DNA of 64,000 nucleotides, taken from NCBI RefSeq assembly GCF_009914755.1, contig NC_060929.1, one strand, 5' to 3'. The notes under the pieces were generated by a model. The model was not told the DNA's origin and did no database searches. It worked only from the letters and a program-made list of their open reading frames with translations. Shown here piece after piece: positions 13,620-29,866 of the stretch. Position numbers and translations under genes: made by a program. This DNA comes from the human T2T-CHM13v2.0 reference genome, Homo sapiens. The number at the start of each line of letters is the position of its first letter. Position 1 is the stretch's first letter.

Positions 13620-15030
13620 ACCATCTGATCTTTGACAAATCTGACAAAAACAAGAAATGGGGAAAGGATTCCCTATTTAATAAATGGTGCTGGGAAAACT
13701 GGCTAGCCATATGTAGAAAGCTGAAACTGGATCCTTTCCTTACACCTTATACAAAAATTAATTCACAATGGATTAAAGACTTAAATATTAGACCTAAAAC
13801 CATAAAAACCCTAGAAGAAAACCTAGGCAATACCATTCAGGACATAGGCATGGGCAAGGACTTCATGTCTAAAACACCAAAAGCAATGGCAACAAAAGAC
13901 AAAATTGACAAATGGGATCTAATTAAACTACAGAGCTTCTGCACAGCAAAAGAAATTACCATCAGAGTGAACAGGCAACCTACAGAATGGGAGAAAATTT
14001 TTGACAACCTACTCATCTGACAAAGGGCTAATATCCAGAATCTACAATGAACTCAAACTAATTTACAAGAAAAAAACAAACAACCCCATCAACAAGTGGG
14101 CGAAGGATATGAACAGATACTTCTCAAAAGAAGACATTTATGCAGCCAACAGACACATGAAAAAATGCTCATCACCACTGGCCATCAGAGAAATGCAAAT
14201 CAAAACCACAATGAGATACCATCTCACACTAGTTAGAATGGCGATCACTAAAAAGTCAGGAAACAACAGGTGCTGGAGAGGATGTGGAGAAATAGGAACA
14301 CTTTTACACTGTTGGTGGGACTGTACACTAGTTCAACCATTGTGGAAGTCAGTGTGGCGATTCCTCAAGGATCTAGAAGTAGAAATACCATTTAACCCAG
14401 TCATCCCATTACTGGGTGTATACCCAAAGGATTATAAATCATGCTGCTATAAAGACACATGCACATGTATGTTTATAGCAGCACTATTCACAATAGTGAA
14501 GACTTGGAACCAACCCAAATGTCCATGAATGACAGACTGGATTAAGAAAATGTGGCACATATACACCATGGAATACTATGCAGCCATGAAAGATGAGTTC
14601 ATGTCCTTTGCAGGGACATGGATGAAGCTTGAAACCATCATTCTCAGCAAACTATTGCAAGGACAAAAACCCAAACACCGCATATTCTCACTCATAGGTG
14701 GGAATTGAACAATGAGAACACTTAGACACAGGGCGGGGAACATCACACACCAGGCCCTGTTGTGGGGTGGGGTGAGGATGGAGGGATAGCATTAGGAGAT
14801 ATACCTAATGTAAATGACGAGTTAATGGGTGCAGCACACCAACACAGCACGTGTATATATGTAACAAACCTGCACGTTGGGCACATGTACCCTAGAACTT
14901 AAAGTATAATTAAAAAAACCAATAAATAAAAACATTTTATCCATTAAATGGAATGCTCCATAGCAGCCAAAATGAGTAGATAAAATAAATTACGTATGTA
15001 AAATGTTTTTAAAAAAATAAAAATAAAAAT
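13620..15030 (+). mobile_element. 5'-truncated L1PA4/5-like insertion carrying a 3' transduction
   Basis: ORF2 C-terminus (ORF-track 13559-14528, frameshifted), 3'UTR to ~14910, first A-tract to 14932, unique 14933-15010, second A-tract 15011-15030; TSD AAAACATAAGTTAA (13606-13619) / AAAACATAGGTTAA (15031-15044) at a TTTT/AAAA site. Confidence 0.93.
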
Positions 15031-15217
15031 AAAACATAGGTTAACATTGATAAAATATAATTTCTGTGAATTAAATGCAATATTTTTATGTGTTAAAAAT
15101 TGAGGTTGTTTCATTAATAAAGTTATTCCAAGATATTTAAGGTAATCTTTCCTGTTTTTATTAATAATTGAAATACAGTTAACTAGATGTTTCCATTACC
15201 TTGAAAAATATTATCTC

Positions 15218-16121
15218 GGGAGGAGCCAAGATGGCCGAATAAGAACAGCTCCGGTCTACAGCTCCCAGCGTGAGGGACGCAGAAGACCGGTGATTTCTGC
15301 ATTTCCATCTGAGGTACCGGGTTCATCTCACTAGGCAGTGCCAGACAGTGAGCGCAGGTCAGTGGGTGTGCGCACCGTGCGCGAGCCAAAGCAGGGCGAG
15401 GCATTGCCTCACTTGGGAAGCGCAAGGGGTCAGGGAGTTCCCTTTCTGAGTCAAAGAAAGGGGTGACCGACGGCACCTGGAAAATCGGGTCACTCCCACC
15501 CGAATACTGCGCTTTTCCGATGGGCTTAAAAAATGGCGCCCCACCAGATTATATCCTGCACCTGGCTCCGAGGGTCCTAGGCCCACAGAGTCTCGCTGAT
15601 TGCTAGTACAGCAGTCTGAGATCAAACTGCAAGGCGGCAGCGAGGCTGGGGAGGGGCGCCCGCCATTGCCCAGGCTTGCTTAGGTAAACAAAGCAGCCCG
15701 GAAGCTCAAACTGGGTGGAGCCCACCACAGCTCAAGGAGGCCTGCCTGCCTCTGCAGGCTCCACCTCTGGGGGCAGGGCACAGACAAACAAAAAGACAGC
15801 AGTAACCTCTGCAGACTTAAGTGTCCCTGTCTGACAGCTTTGAAGAGAGCAGTGGTTCTCCCAGCACGCAGCTGGAGATCTGAGAACGGGCAGACTGCCT
15901 CTTCAAGTGGGTCCCTGACCCCTGACCCCCAAGCAGCCTAACTGGGAGGTACCCCCCAGCAGGGGCACACTGACACCTCACACGGCAGGGTACTCCAACA
16001 GACCTGCAGCTGAGGGTCCTCTCTGTTAGAAGGAAAACTAACAAACAGAAAGGACATCCACACCAAAAACCCATCTGTACATCACCATCATCAAAGACCA
16101 AAAGTAGATAAAACCACAAAG
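15218..16121 (+). promoter_or_regulatory. L1 5'UTR internal sense/antisense promoter
   Basis: YY1 site CAAGATGGCC at 15227-15236; RUNX-type TGCATTTCCATCTGAGGTA; SOX-type AAACAAA; 904 bp long, i.e. the short form lacking the 129-bp ZNF93-bound segment. Confidence 0.88.
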
Positions 16122-17138
16122 ATGGGGAAAAAACAGAACAGAAAAACTGGAAACTCTAAAAAGCAGAGCGCCTCTCCTCCTCCAAAGGAACGCAGTTCCT
16201 CACCAGCAACGGAACAAAGCTGGATGGAGAATGACTTTGACGAGCTGAGAGAAGAAGGCTTCAGACGATCAAATTACTCTGAGCTATGGGAGGACATTCA
16301 AACCAAAGGCAAAGAAGTTGAAAACTTTGAAAAAAATTTAGAAGAATGTATAACTAGAATAACCAATACAGAGAAGTGCTTAAAGGAGCTGATGGAGCTG
16401 AAAACCAAGGCTCGAGAACTACGTGAAGAATGCAGAAGCCTCAGGAGCCGATGCGATCAACTGGAAGAAAGGGTATCAGCAATGGAAGATGACATGAATG
16501 AAATGAAGCGAGAAGGGAAGTTTAGAGAAAAAAGAATAAAAACAAATGAGCAAAGCCTCCAAGAAATATGGGACTATGTGAAAAGACCAAATCTACGTCT
16601 GATTGGTGTACCTGAAAGTGATGGGGAGAATGGAACCAAGTTGGAAAACACTCTGCAGGATATTATCCAGGAGAACTTCCCCAATCTAGCAAGGCAGGCC
16701 AACGTTCAGATTCAGGAAATACAGAGAACGCCACAAAGATACTCCTCAAGAAGAGCAACTCCAAGACACATAATTGTCAGATTCACCAAAGTTGAAATGA
16801 AGGAAAAAATGTTAAGGGCAGCCAGAGAGAAAGGTCGGGTTACCCTCAAAGGGAAGCCCATCAGACTAACAGCGGATCTCTCGGCAGAAACCCTACAAGC
16901 CAGAAGAGAGTGGGGGCCAATATTCAACATTCTTAAAGAAAAGAATTTTCAACCCAGAATTTCATATCCAGCCAAACTAAGCTTCATAAGTGAAGGAGAA
17001 ATAAAATACTTTGCAGACAAGCAAATGCTGAGAGATTTTGTCACCACCAGGCCTGCCTTACAAGAGCTCCTGAAGGAAGCACTAAACATGGAAAGGAACA
17101 ACCGGTACCAGCCGCTGCAAAATCATGCCAAAATGTAA
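16122..17138 (+). CDS. ORF1: LINE-1 ORF1p RNA-binding protein, intact 338 aa
   Basis: MGKKQNRKTGNSK...QPLQNHAKM; coiled coil, REKG, ARR and YPAKLS motifs intact. Confidence 0.97.
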   Translation: MGKKQNRKTGNSKKQSASPPPKERSSSPATEQSWMENDFDELREEGFRRSNYSELWEDIQTKGKEVENFEKNLEECITRITNTEKCLKELMELKTKARELREECRSLRSRCDQLEERVSAMEDDMNEMKREGKFREKRIKTNEQSLQEIWDYVKRPNLRLIGVPESDGENGTKLENTLQDIIQENFPNLARQANVQIQEIQRTPQRYSSRRATPRHIIVRFTKVEMKEKMLRAAREKGRVTLKGKPIRLTADLSAETLQARREWGPIFNILKEKNFQPRISYPAKLSFISEGEIKYFADKQMLRDFVTTRPALQELLKEALNMERNNRYQPLQNHAKM

Positions 17139-17174
17139 AGACCATCGAGACTAGGAAGAAACTGGATCAACTAA

Positions 17175-21030
<3,856 letters not shown>

Positions 21031-21334
21031 ACAGTGAGATCACATGGACACAGGAAGGGGAATATCACACTCTGGGGACTGTTGTGGGGTGGGGGGATGG
21101 GGGAGGGATAGCATTGGGAGATATACCTAATGCTAGATGACGAGATAGTGGGTGCAGCGCACCAGCATGGCACATGTATACATATGTAACTAACCTGCAC
21201 AATGTGCACATGTACCCTAAAACTTAAAGTATAATAAAAAAAAGAAAAAAAGAAAAACATTATCTCATTAGAATATGATTTTGGATTTTGTGGGCAAAGA
21301 AAAGAAGAATTTCTCTTTAATTTGATTAGCGTGA

Positions 21335-21605
21335 CGATAATAGTGTTTTTTATTTAACATACATATATGGCACTGCATGCTAGACACTCTTCCATGAACT
21401 TTATATACATATCAGTTTATTTAATCCTCATAATAATTTTATGAGATGGGTAATAATATTATCACTATTTTTTTAGATGAGGAAACTGAAGCACAGAGAG
21501 GTAGGTTTAACAATGTGCCCAAAGTCACACAGCTAGTAAGGGGCAGAGTCAAGACTCAATCCAGGTCTGCTAGCTCCACAACCCTATACTCTTAATTACA
21601 GTGTT
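21335..21605 (-). mobile_element. MIR SINE
   Basis: TTTAATCCTCATAATAA...AGATGAGGAAACTGAAGCACAGAGAGG...GCCCAAAGTCACACAGCTAGTAAG. Confidence 0.85.
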
Positions 21606-22470
21606 ATATAAATATATATGACAATACAGAAAGGTTGTCAGGCATCAGGTAAAACCAAATGAAATTCAATGAGAGAATAAACATCCCTCAACCTGTAAGT
21701 TTCTGTTCACTTTTTAATAATAGATAACTGAAAAGGCTGAGGATGTTTGGTTGGCTTACACCTTTGTTGCAGGCTCTCCTCTCCTCCTCTCCTCTTCTCC
21801 CAAGCCCTCTTCTGCTAGTTGCCTCTCTCTCAGACCACAGAAAGAGTGATTAGAGTGACCAAGTGGCCTGTGATCAGATTTCCTGTCCATGGGCTCTGGG
21901 AATTGGAGGGAACCTCCTCCCCGCTCCCCACCCCCACCCCTCCACACAGGCAGAATACCCGGAGGTCTTTTCTCTGGAGACTGTTGTTAATCTGGTCTCC
22001 TGGCCCTGAGGGATGAGAATCTGGGCCAAGATATGTAGCAACAAAATAGCAGAAGTCAGCAATGCAAATAACACAAATGTATTTTAAAAACTGTGCCTTT
22101 ACAAAACTGTTTCACATATGTATTGTCTCATTAGGGCATTTCCTATGGGAACTATTGGAAACAGAAACTGGTTCAAAGTAATATTTGGTACTTCTGAGTT
22201 TCTGTGTTTACCTCTGGCTTCATTATTATTATATATTGCCTTTCCTCTAATGGTTTTAAATTTGTATTTGAACTTTTTCTGTTTACTTAGGAAGAGATTG
22301 ATACTTTCTTAAAACATATTTAATTTCTACCAGAATTTTTTAAAGGACAAAATGATTACCATCTTGTCACAAATATTGATAGCTTTGCCCTCAATTTAGA
22401 TGGAATATCACAGGCTTGGCGGCATTTAATCATACACACTCTCGGACACAGAGACATATATATGTATATG

Positions 22471-22472
<2 letters not shown>

Positions 22473-22505
<33 letters not shown>
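22473..22505. repeat. (CA)n microsatellite
   Basis: About 16 CA units. Confidence 0.95.
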
Positions 22506-22508
<3 letters not shown>

Positions 22509-22907
22509 GGACTGAATGCTTGTGTTACCCCCAAAAACTCATATGTTAAAGCTTTAACCCCCAATGTGATGTTATTTGAACATGGGCTTTGGGAGGTAAT
22601 TAGGTTTGGATGGGGTCATGAGTGTGACATCATGGGATTAGTTCCTTTATAAGAAGAGACACTAGAGAGCTTGAGCTCACTTTCTCTCTTCTCAAAAGAA
22701 TGCACACAAAGAAGAGGCCAGGCCACGTGAGCACACAGTGAGATGGCAGCCAGGAACAGGCCAGGAAGAGAGCTTTCACCAGAACTCAACCTTGCTGGCA
22801 TCTTGATCGTGGACTTGAAGCTTGCGAACTATGAGAAAATAAAGTCTGTTGTTTAAGCCACCTAGTCTATGGCATTTTGTTATGGCAGCCTGAGCTGACC
22901 AAAACAG
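22506..22907 (+). mobile_element. MaLR solo LTR (MLT1A-like)
   Basis: TATGGACTGAATG...CATATGTTAAAGC, TTTGGGAGGTAATTAGG, AATAAAGTCTGTTGTTTAAGCCACC, GCTGACCAAAACA end. Confidence 0.88.
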
Positions 22908-23473
22908 ATTAATATACATAGACATATAATATAATACATAATATAAAGAGACACACACAACACACCAGATAGTGAAAAAGAAACATTGTATTGAATAAAT
23001 AATTAAATAAATACCTAAGAGGCCAGAAGCCTGGGAATGATGATCCAACACCTGAAGGCATTTTAGCAACAGAAATTTTTTAAAAAAACAAAAAAACAAG
23101 AATTTTCCCAAGTTTTGGGTCAGGCTCTGATATAAAGCAGACAGTCAACCTCAGATTTAAGCTCGACAGAGGTGGTAGAAAAGGAAACTGCCCAAAGAGC
23201 CATTGATAGTGGCCACAAGAGGATGGCACAGGTGGTGGAGAGGAGGGTAAGGCCCTTTGCTGAAAGCCCCCACTCTGAATTTGTGTAAGGTAACAAGAAA
23301 CAGAGGAACGGTTTTTGTTGCGGTTGGAGGAGACCGGCCCCTGTGTGCTTACTGTTCAGGAGGAAGAAGATCCAAGTCTGCTTCTGACAACTTGGTTTTT
23401 CGTGCTCCTAACTGTGGCTTCTCTGCCACTGGAGCGCTTGATTGTTGCGGGAGAGCAGAACCAAAGGCCCTGT

Positions 23474-23787
23474 GGCCAGGTGCAGTGGCTCACACCTGTA
23501 ATCCCATCACTTTGGGAGGCCGAGGCAGGCGGATCACGAGGCCAGGAGTTCGAGACCAGCCAAGCCAACATGGGGAAACCCCATCTCTACTAAAAATACA
23601 AAAATTAGCTGGGCATGGTGGCGCATGGCTATAATTCCAGCTACTAGGGAAGCTGAGGCAGGAAAATCGCTTGAACCAGGAGGCGGAGGTTGCAGTGAGC
23701 CAAAATTGCACCACTGCACTCCAGCCTGGGTGACAGAGAGAGACCCTGTCTCAAAATATAAAATAAAATATTTAAGAAAAAAAAAAA
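23474..23787 (+). mobile_element. AluS (AluSg-like)
   Basis: Full dimer, GGATCACGAGG.CAGGAGTTCGAGACC; degenerate TSD ACCAAAGGCCCTG / ACCAAGAGCCCTG. Confidence 0.93.
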
Positions 23788-24906
23788 GACCAAGAGCCCT
23801 GAGCTCTTAGCAAGCTTGGCTTCAGTCTATGGAGTTTCCTGGTGAGTTAAATGGCTCACTTGGGAGGTACTGGTACCTTCTGGAATAATTACCAGTGTCA
23901 GAAAAGACAGAGAACAGGTCTCCATGAATAGCACCAAAAGAAATATTTCTACAGAGCCATGGAAAATAATGACAGAAAAATTTGCAGAGAACAAAATAGG
24001 GCTTTCATTCAAAGAATTTTAATTTTGCTGTTATAATACTTAAGTGGTGAAATTTTTAAGTAAGTGCTGTCAGCTCTTCCAAAACCTTTAATAAAATTAG
24101 TCAGCAAGAAAAGCGATGGTCCAAGCAAGGAAAGGTTGGAAAGGAATTAAGGAATTTCATGATGTACTAACTTATGTAACTTTAACAGGGGCAGATACAG
24201 TCTCAATTTTTAAATATATGAAGGATTTTTCTTACACTATCTTTTAGAGGTTTTTTTAAAAAAAATTATCTTAAAGTTTGATAACAAAAATATCAATTCT
24301 GTTTTTATCCTAGAACTTAAATTTCTAAGACAAATGTAACCTACTGAATCTTTCAAAGATGAGGAAACTCACAGAATTGCTGATCTTTAAGATTGCTACT
24401 TCAGACTGATTGGTTTGGCTGAGAAGTCAGCCAGCCTGAAGAAGATTTCAGATTTTCTGGGGAATAAGTCATTGTCATTGAGTGAGTCAAACCCAGGATA
24501 AAATGAAAATTCACACCAATATTTTCCTAATTTTTTGGTTCTTACATGTGATAAGTTCTCAGCCTTCATCATATTAGACATTTTTTCCTGACAAAATAGA
24601 ACAAGATTTCTACCTACTCAGTGGATGACTTGTGAAATTCCCATGTTTATTGGTATTTCTTATTGAGTCAAAATAATTAGTGCAAAAGACATTTGGCATT
24701 TCTGAACTTTAAAAATTGGAGGTTGGTTTATACCATGATTTTGGAGCTATTTAATCTGGGAAAGGCCTGGGACCCTTCCTCTGGAATGGACTTTTTAATC
24801 AAGTAGGATAGAAGGTAATGAATCAGTGCCAAACTGGAAGAAGTTTTCAGTAACAGTTATCCAGTGCTTCCTATGAGGCAGACATTCTTCTAAATGTTTT
24901 GCAGTA

Positions 24907-25253
24907 CAGGCCCATAGTCCCTTACTGGTAATTCTAAAATCCAAAAACCTTTGAAACCAATTATTTTTGTAACTTGGTTGGCAGCAAAACTTGGCCAAAC
25001 TCATTTGGATGCAAAATCTGTTCTGATGTTTAGCTGTAGAAAGTATTAATGTTTGGTTACTGATTGGTGCCCTAGATTCCATTGGGGTATTACATAAGGT
25101 ATGGTATATTACATAAATATAAATTAATTGTATATAATATATGGTAATTTTTATGGTAAATATGAGGTACTTGTGCCATATTGCCTTTCTAAAATCCAAA
25201 AAGTTCCAAATTCCAAAACTCATCTGATGCAAAATATTTCAAATACAGAAAGT
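24907..25253. mobile_element. TcMar-Tigger MITE (MER46C-like) inserted into a MIR
   Basis: TA|CAGG start, ATTCTAAAATCCAAAAA, AAACTCATTTGG, CTTTCTAAAATCCAAAAAGTTCC; antisense MIR halves flank it (~24848-24906, ~25254-25450). Confidence 0.6.
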
Positions 25254-25554
25254 ATTTCCCATAAGTCTCACAATTCTCTACAGTACACTTTTAGTGTTCT
25301 GAACTTACAAAGGGAAAACTAAGATAAAAGAGTATAAACACATAAACACATTGCTCAAGGTGATACATCTAGTAAGTGATGGATCTAGGATTTGAAGACA
25401 GGAAAATCTGGCTCCAGAGCTCATGCTGTTAATCACTGCTCCATTATACTGCTCTGAGTGACCTGCTAATGGGGTATCTTTTCAATAAATCTTCTTTTTG
25501 TTATTTATAAATGAGAAGGAGAGAATATATAGAGTTATGATTAACAGCCTCCAA

Positions 25555-26060
25555 TGTTATGGTCCAGTTAGGAAAATGGTGTTCCCTTCAGGTAATTCAC
25601 CCAAGGAAATTCAATATGGGAGCCATTTACAAAGGGATAAGAAAAACTTAAAGGCCCAACAGGTGACTTTGAGGCAACCCAGAGAATTAGCCAGACTCAG
25701 AAAGCTACCACTACCTCTAGGACTAAAATAGCAAAGACAGGAGGTGGTATTACTGAGACCAAGAGCCAAGGAGTTGTTGACAGCATGGACTGAGATGCTG
25801 TCCTACAAAGGCAGCAGACACTGCCTTGGAGACTGATGATCAAATCAAGAAAGATGGGGAGAAACATCCTGGTTTCTCCCATTCTCTTGACTTCCAATCC
25901 CCCTTAGGTACCACTGTTATCTGAACCTAGCTAGAAGCCAATTAGCAGTGGAACCTGGAAAACATAGTTATCAGGGATAAATCCTCTATGCTACAAAACA
26001 GAGTAGAGCAAAAGAGAAAAAAAACTGGATCTAAGGGCAAGTGATCAAATGACTACTATA
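25555..26060 (-). mobile_element. Ancient ERVL-class solo LTR (LTR33/LTR79 group)
   Basis: GGTCCAGTTAGGAAAA, TGAGGCAACCCAGAGAATTAGC, CTACCACTACCTCTAGG, GGATCTAAGGGCAA. Confidence 0.65.
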
Positions 26061-26289
26061 CGAATTTGAGAGTAAAAAATGTTGGATAATAGATTAAAGA
26101 TAAATCTGAAAAGATTTGATAGGTGGTTGCAAAGGAAAACCCTAACAAAATGAGTTTTCCACATTTAGTTATTAAAGAAATATTTATTAAAGACCTTTAT
26201 ATGACAAACATGATCAGTGAAGAAGGTAAGTTCCTAAAGGGCGGGGAGCATGTTTTGTTTATCTACAAAAATTAAATTTTTCTTTTTAA

Positions 26290-26725
26290 CAAAAATTAAA
26301 TTCAAGCAATGTAAATGAAGGGTCTTGAACCTTGGTACAAAGAGCCAACAGTACATAAAATGGGAGAAAGGCTTTCTTAGAAGCATGTACAGAAAGGACT
26401 TTAAGGTTTTAGTCAACAACAAGTTCTATGAGTCAACAAGATGAGGTGACTATAAGAAAAAGCCAATTGAATCTTGGGCAGCATAGTTGAAGCAAAATAT
26501 TAAACATAGTAGATGATATTCCGATCCTAAAGGTCACTGGTTGCATTAATTTGGAACAATTTTTGAACTTCCAGCCATCACTTATGTACAGAAGAGAGAT
26601 GAAGTGGTGAAGACACTCAAAACCATGTCCAAAGAGCAGCAATTGAAAAACTAGGGAATATTTAACCTGGAGAATAAAAGGGTTAGAAGATATAAAAGTA
26701 CACACTTCAAATAATTAGAAGACAT
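26290..26725 (+). mobile_element. L3/CR1 LINE fragment (upstream part)
   Basis: AAGGACTTTAAGGTTTTAGTCAACAACAAGTTCTATGAGTCAAC, AAAAGCCAATTGAATCTTGGGCAGCAT, GGGAATATTTAACCTGGAGAA. Confidence 0.7.
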
Positions 26726-26729
26726 ATAC

Positions 26730-27845
<1,116 letters not shown>

Positions 27846-27874
27846 CTGTTCTAAGAAAAAAAATGAATTAAACC

Positions 27875-28115
27875 AGTTTTGTATAGTCTTGAGGGCTAAA
27901 CACCAATTGGTGGAAGCTTCAGAGAGACTGGTTTCTTTCTAATAGTCCATTAAATGTGTAATGGGCTGCCTGAAGAAATAGAGCTTTGTTTGCCACAGAG
28001 ATGGTCCAAGCACAAGCCACCAGTCACATGGCAGGGATTCAAGCCCAGGATATGGTGCCATGACTGAACAATTTTCAAGGCCTTTCCAGCCTGGAGACTA
28101 CATCATCTGATTCCA
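27875..28115 (+). mobile_element. L3/CR1 3' fragment (continuation)
   Basis: GGTGGAAGCTTCAGAGAGAC, AATGGGCTGCCTGAAG, TTTCAAGGCCTTTCCAGCC terminal motif. Confidence 0.6.
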
Positions 28116-29480
28116 GGTGCAAAATTCTACATCTTTAGGTAATACAGATGGCTTTCATAATAAGAAATGTACAGGTCGTCTAAAATAGTTTTTTCTTTGT
28201 TAATTAGAATACTTTTCTGTCCAGTGCTTTGCCATCTTGACCTTCTTTTCATTCAAATAGGAAATAACAAGCCCAGCTACAGTTTTAAGTTCAGTAAATA
28301 ATGTTTTAAGTGTTTCTGGTTTTGGGAAAAGACACTGGTCATTTTGGCATTGATTTTTTTCCATTAATTTTTAAATTTACATGTATTTTTCAGTAAATTT
28401 AGTTCATATGATTTTGATTTGTTTACACTTAGCTCCCTAAAATGTGTGGTTTAGCAATTTGATGACTATGCACCTTCTCATTACTCTGTCTCAGAACCAG
28501 AAAGTCATGTGTTGCCAGCAGGACCAAAGTGAAATCCAGCTGACATAAATTTGGATACAAATCGAAGAAGCCATAAAATTCAAGACCATTGTAAACTTGG
28601 TGATAAAAGTTCTCTTGTTTTCAAAAAGTTACAGACAAAACAAGTTCCAAGTGTAAAGTATTTTATAATGTTTTATGCAAACATGTGTTGAACAGACAAA
28701 TGGCAGTGGGACAGCTGCCTCTCTTGTTACTCTGCTACCACAATTACCAGAACTTGTGATTATAGAAGGTTGCTGCTTCACATGAGGTTGTGTCTGCATC
28801 CTCAGAGAATCTGGTTACCCAGTCAAGAAAGCCAGTAAACCTGATCATTTAGCAGAGTGTAAACCAAAGCACTTACAGTAGACAAAATGCTTCTCATTCA
28901 CAGAATTAGTTAATGTTGATCGTGGTAGAAACTTGAAATCATCTCGGCCAATCCTTCACTCTACCAATGTGTTTTAAATGGCTGTTTTGACATCCCATGT
29001 ATATAACCTTTAAAATTCTGATGACTTGGTCCAGGCATGACTTTAATTATAAACTCAAGGCACATATGGAGCGGAGAGAACATTTTCCAGGGAAACCTAA
29101 AGAATTGTGTTCTATGGGTATTTTTTTTAACTTATTTCTGAGCCTACAATGTAGAAATGGATTTCCCCCTTTAAATGTGTTTGAAAGAGTGACAGCACTA
29201 CCAGTGTATATAAGATGTATATTTTGTATACAATTTATGTTGATACAAATTTTTAACTTTCATATATATATATATGCTAATTTTCTGAGCCAACATTGTA
29301 TAAATCATATATTCAAAAAAATACCAAAAGTATATGACTTATGTAATTAAATCTCTACATATTAAACTTACATAAGGGTATAATCTTTCCAATTTAGAGA
29401 TATTTGCCTATGCCAGGGTCCATGTATTCAGCAATGGTTGAGAAAAAAAAATAAATCTTTAACCCAAAGTTGTTTTTCCG

Positions 29481-29866
<386 letters not shown>

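Noticed and set aside
13559-14528. 153-aa and 175-aa ORFs as functional genes
   Set aside because: Frameshifted ORF2 C-terminus of a 5'-truncated L1 with no promoter.
21085-21110. G-rich tract in the L1 3'UTR
   Set aside because: Standard conserved L1 feature, not novel.
23257-23810. Cluster of overlapping ORFs
   Set aside because: All are Alu translations.
28490-28700. Exon-like open stretch after TCTCAG
   Set aside because: Early in-frame stop, no good donor, peptide not recognised.
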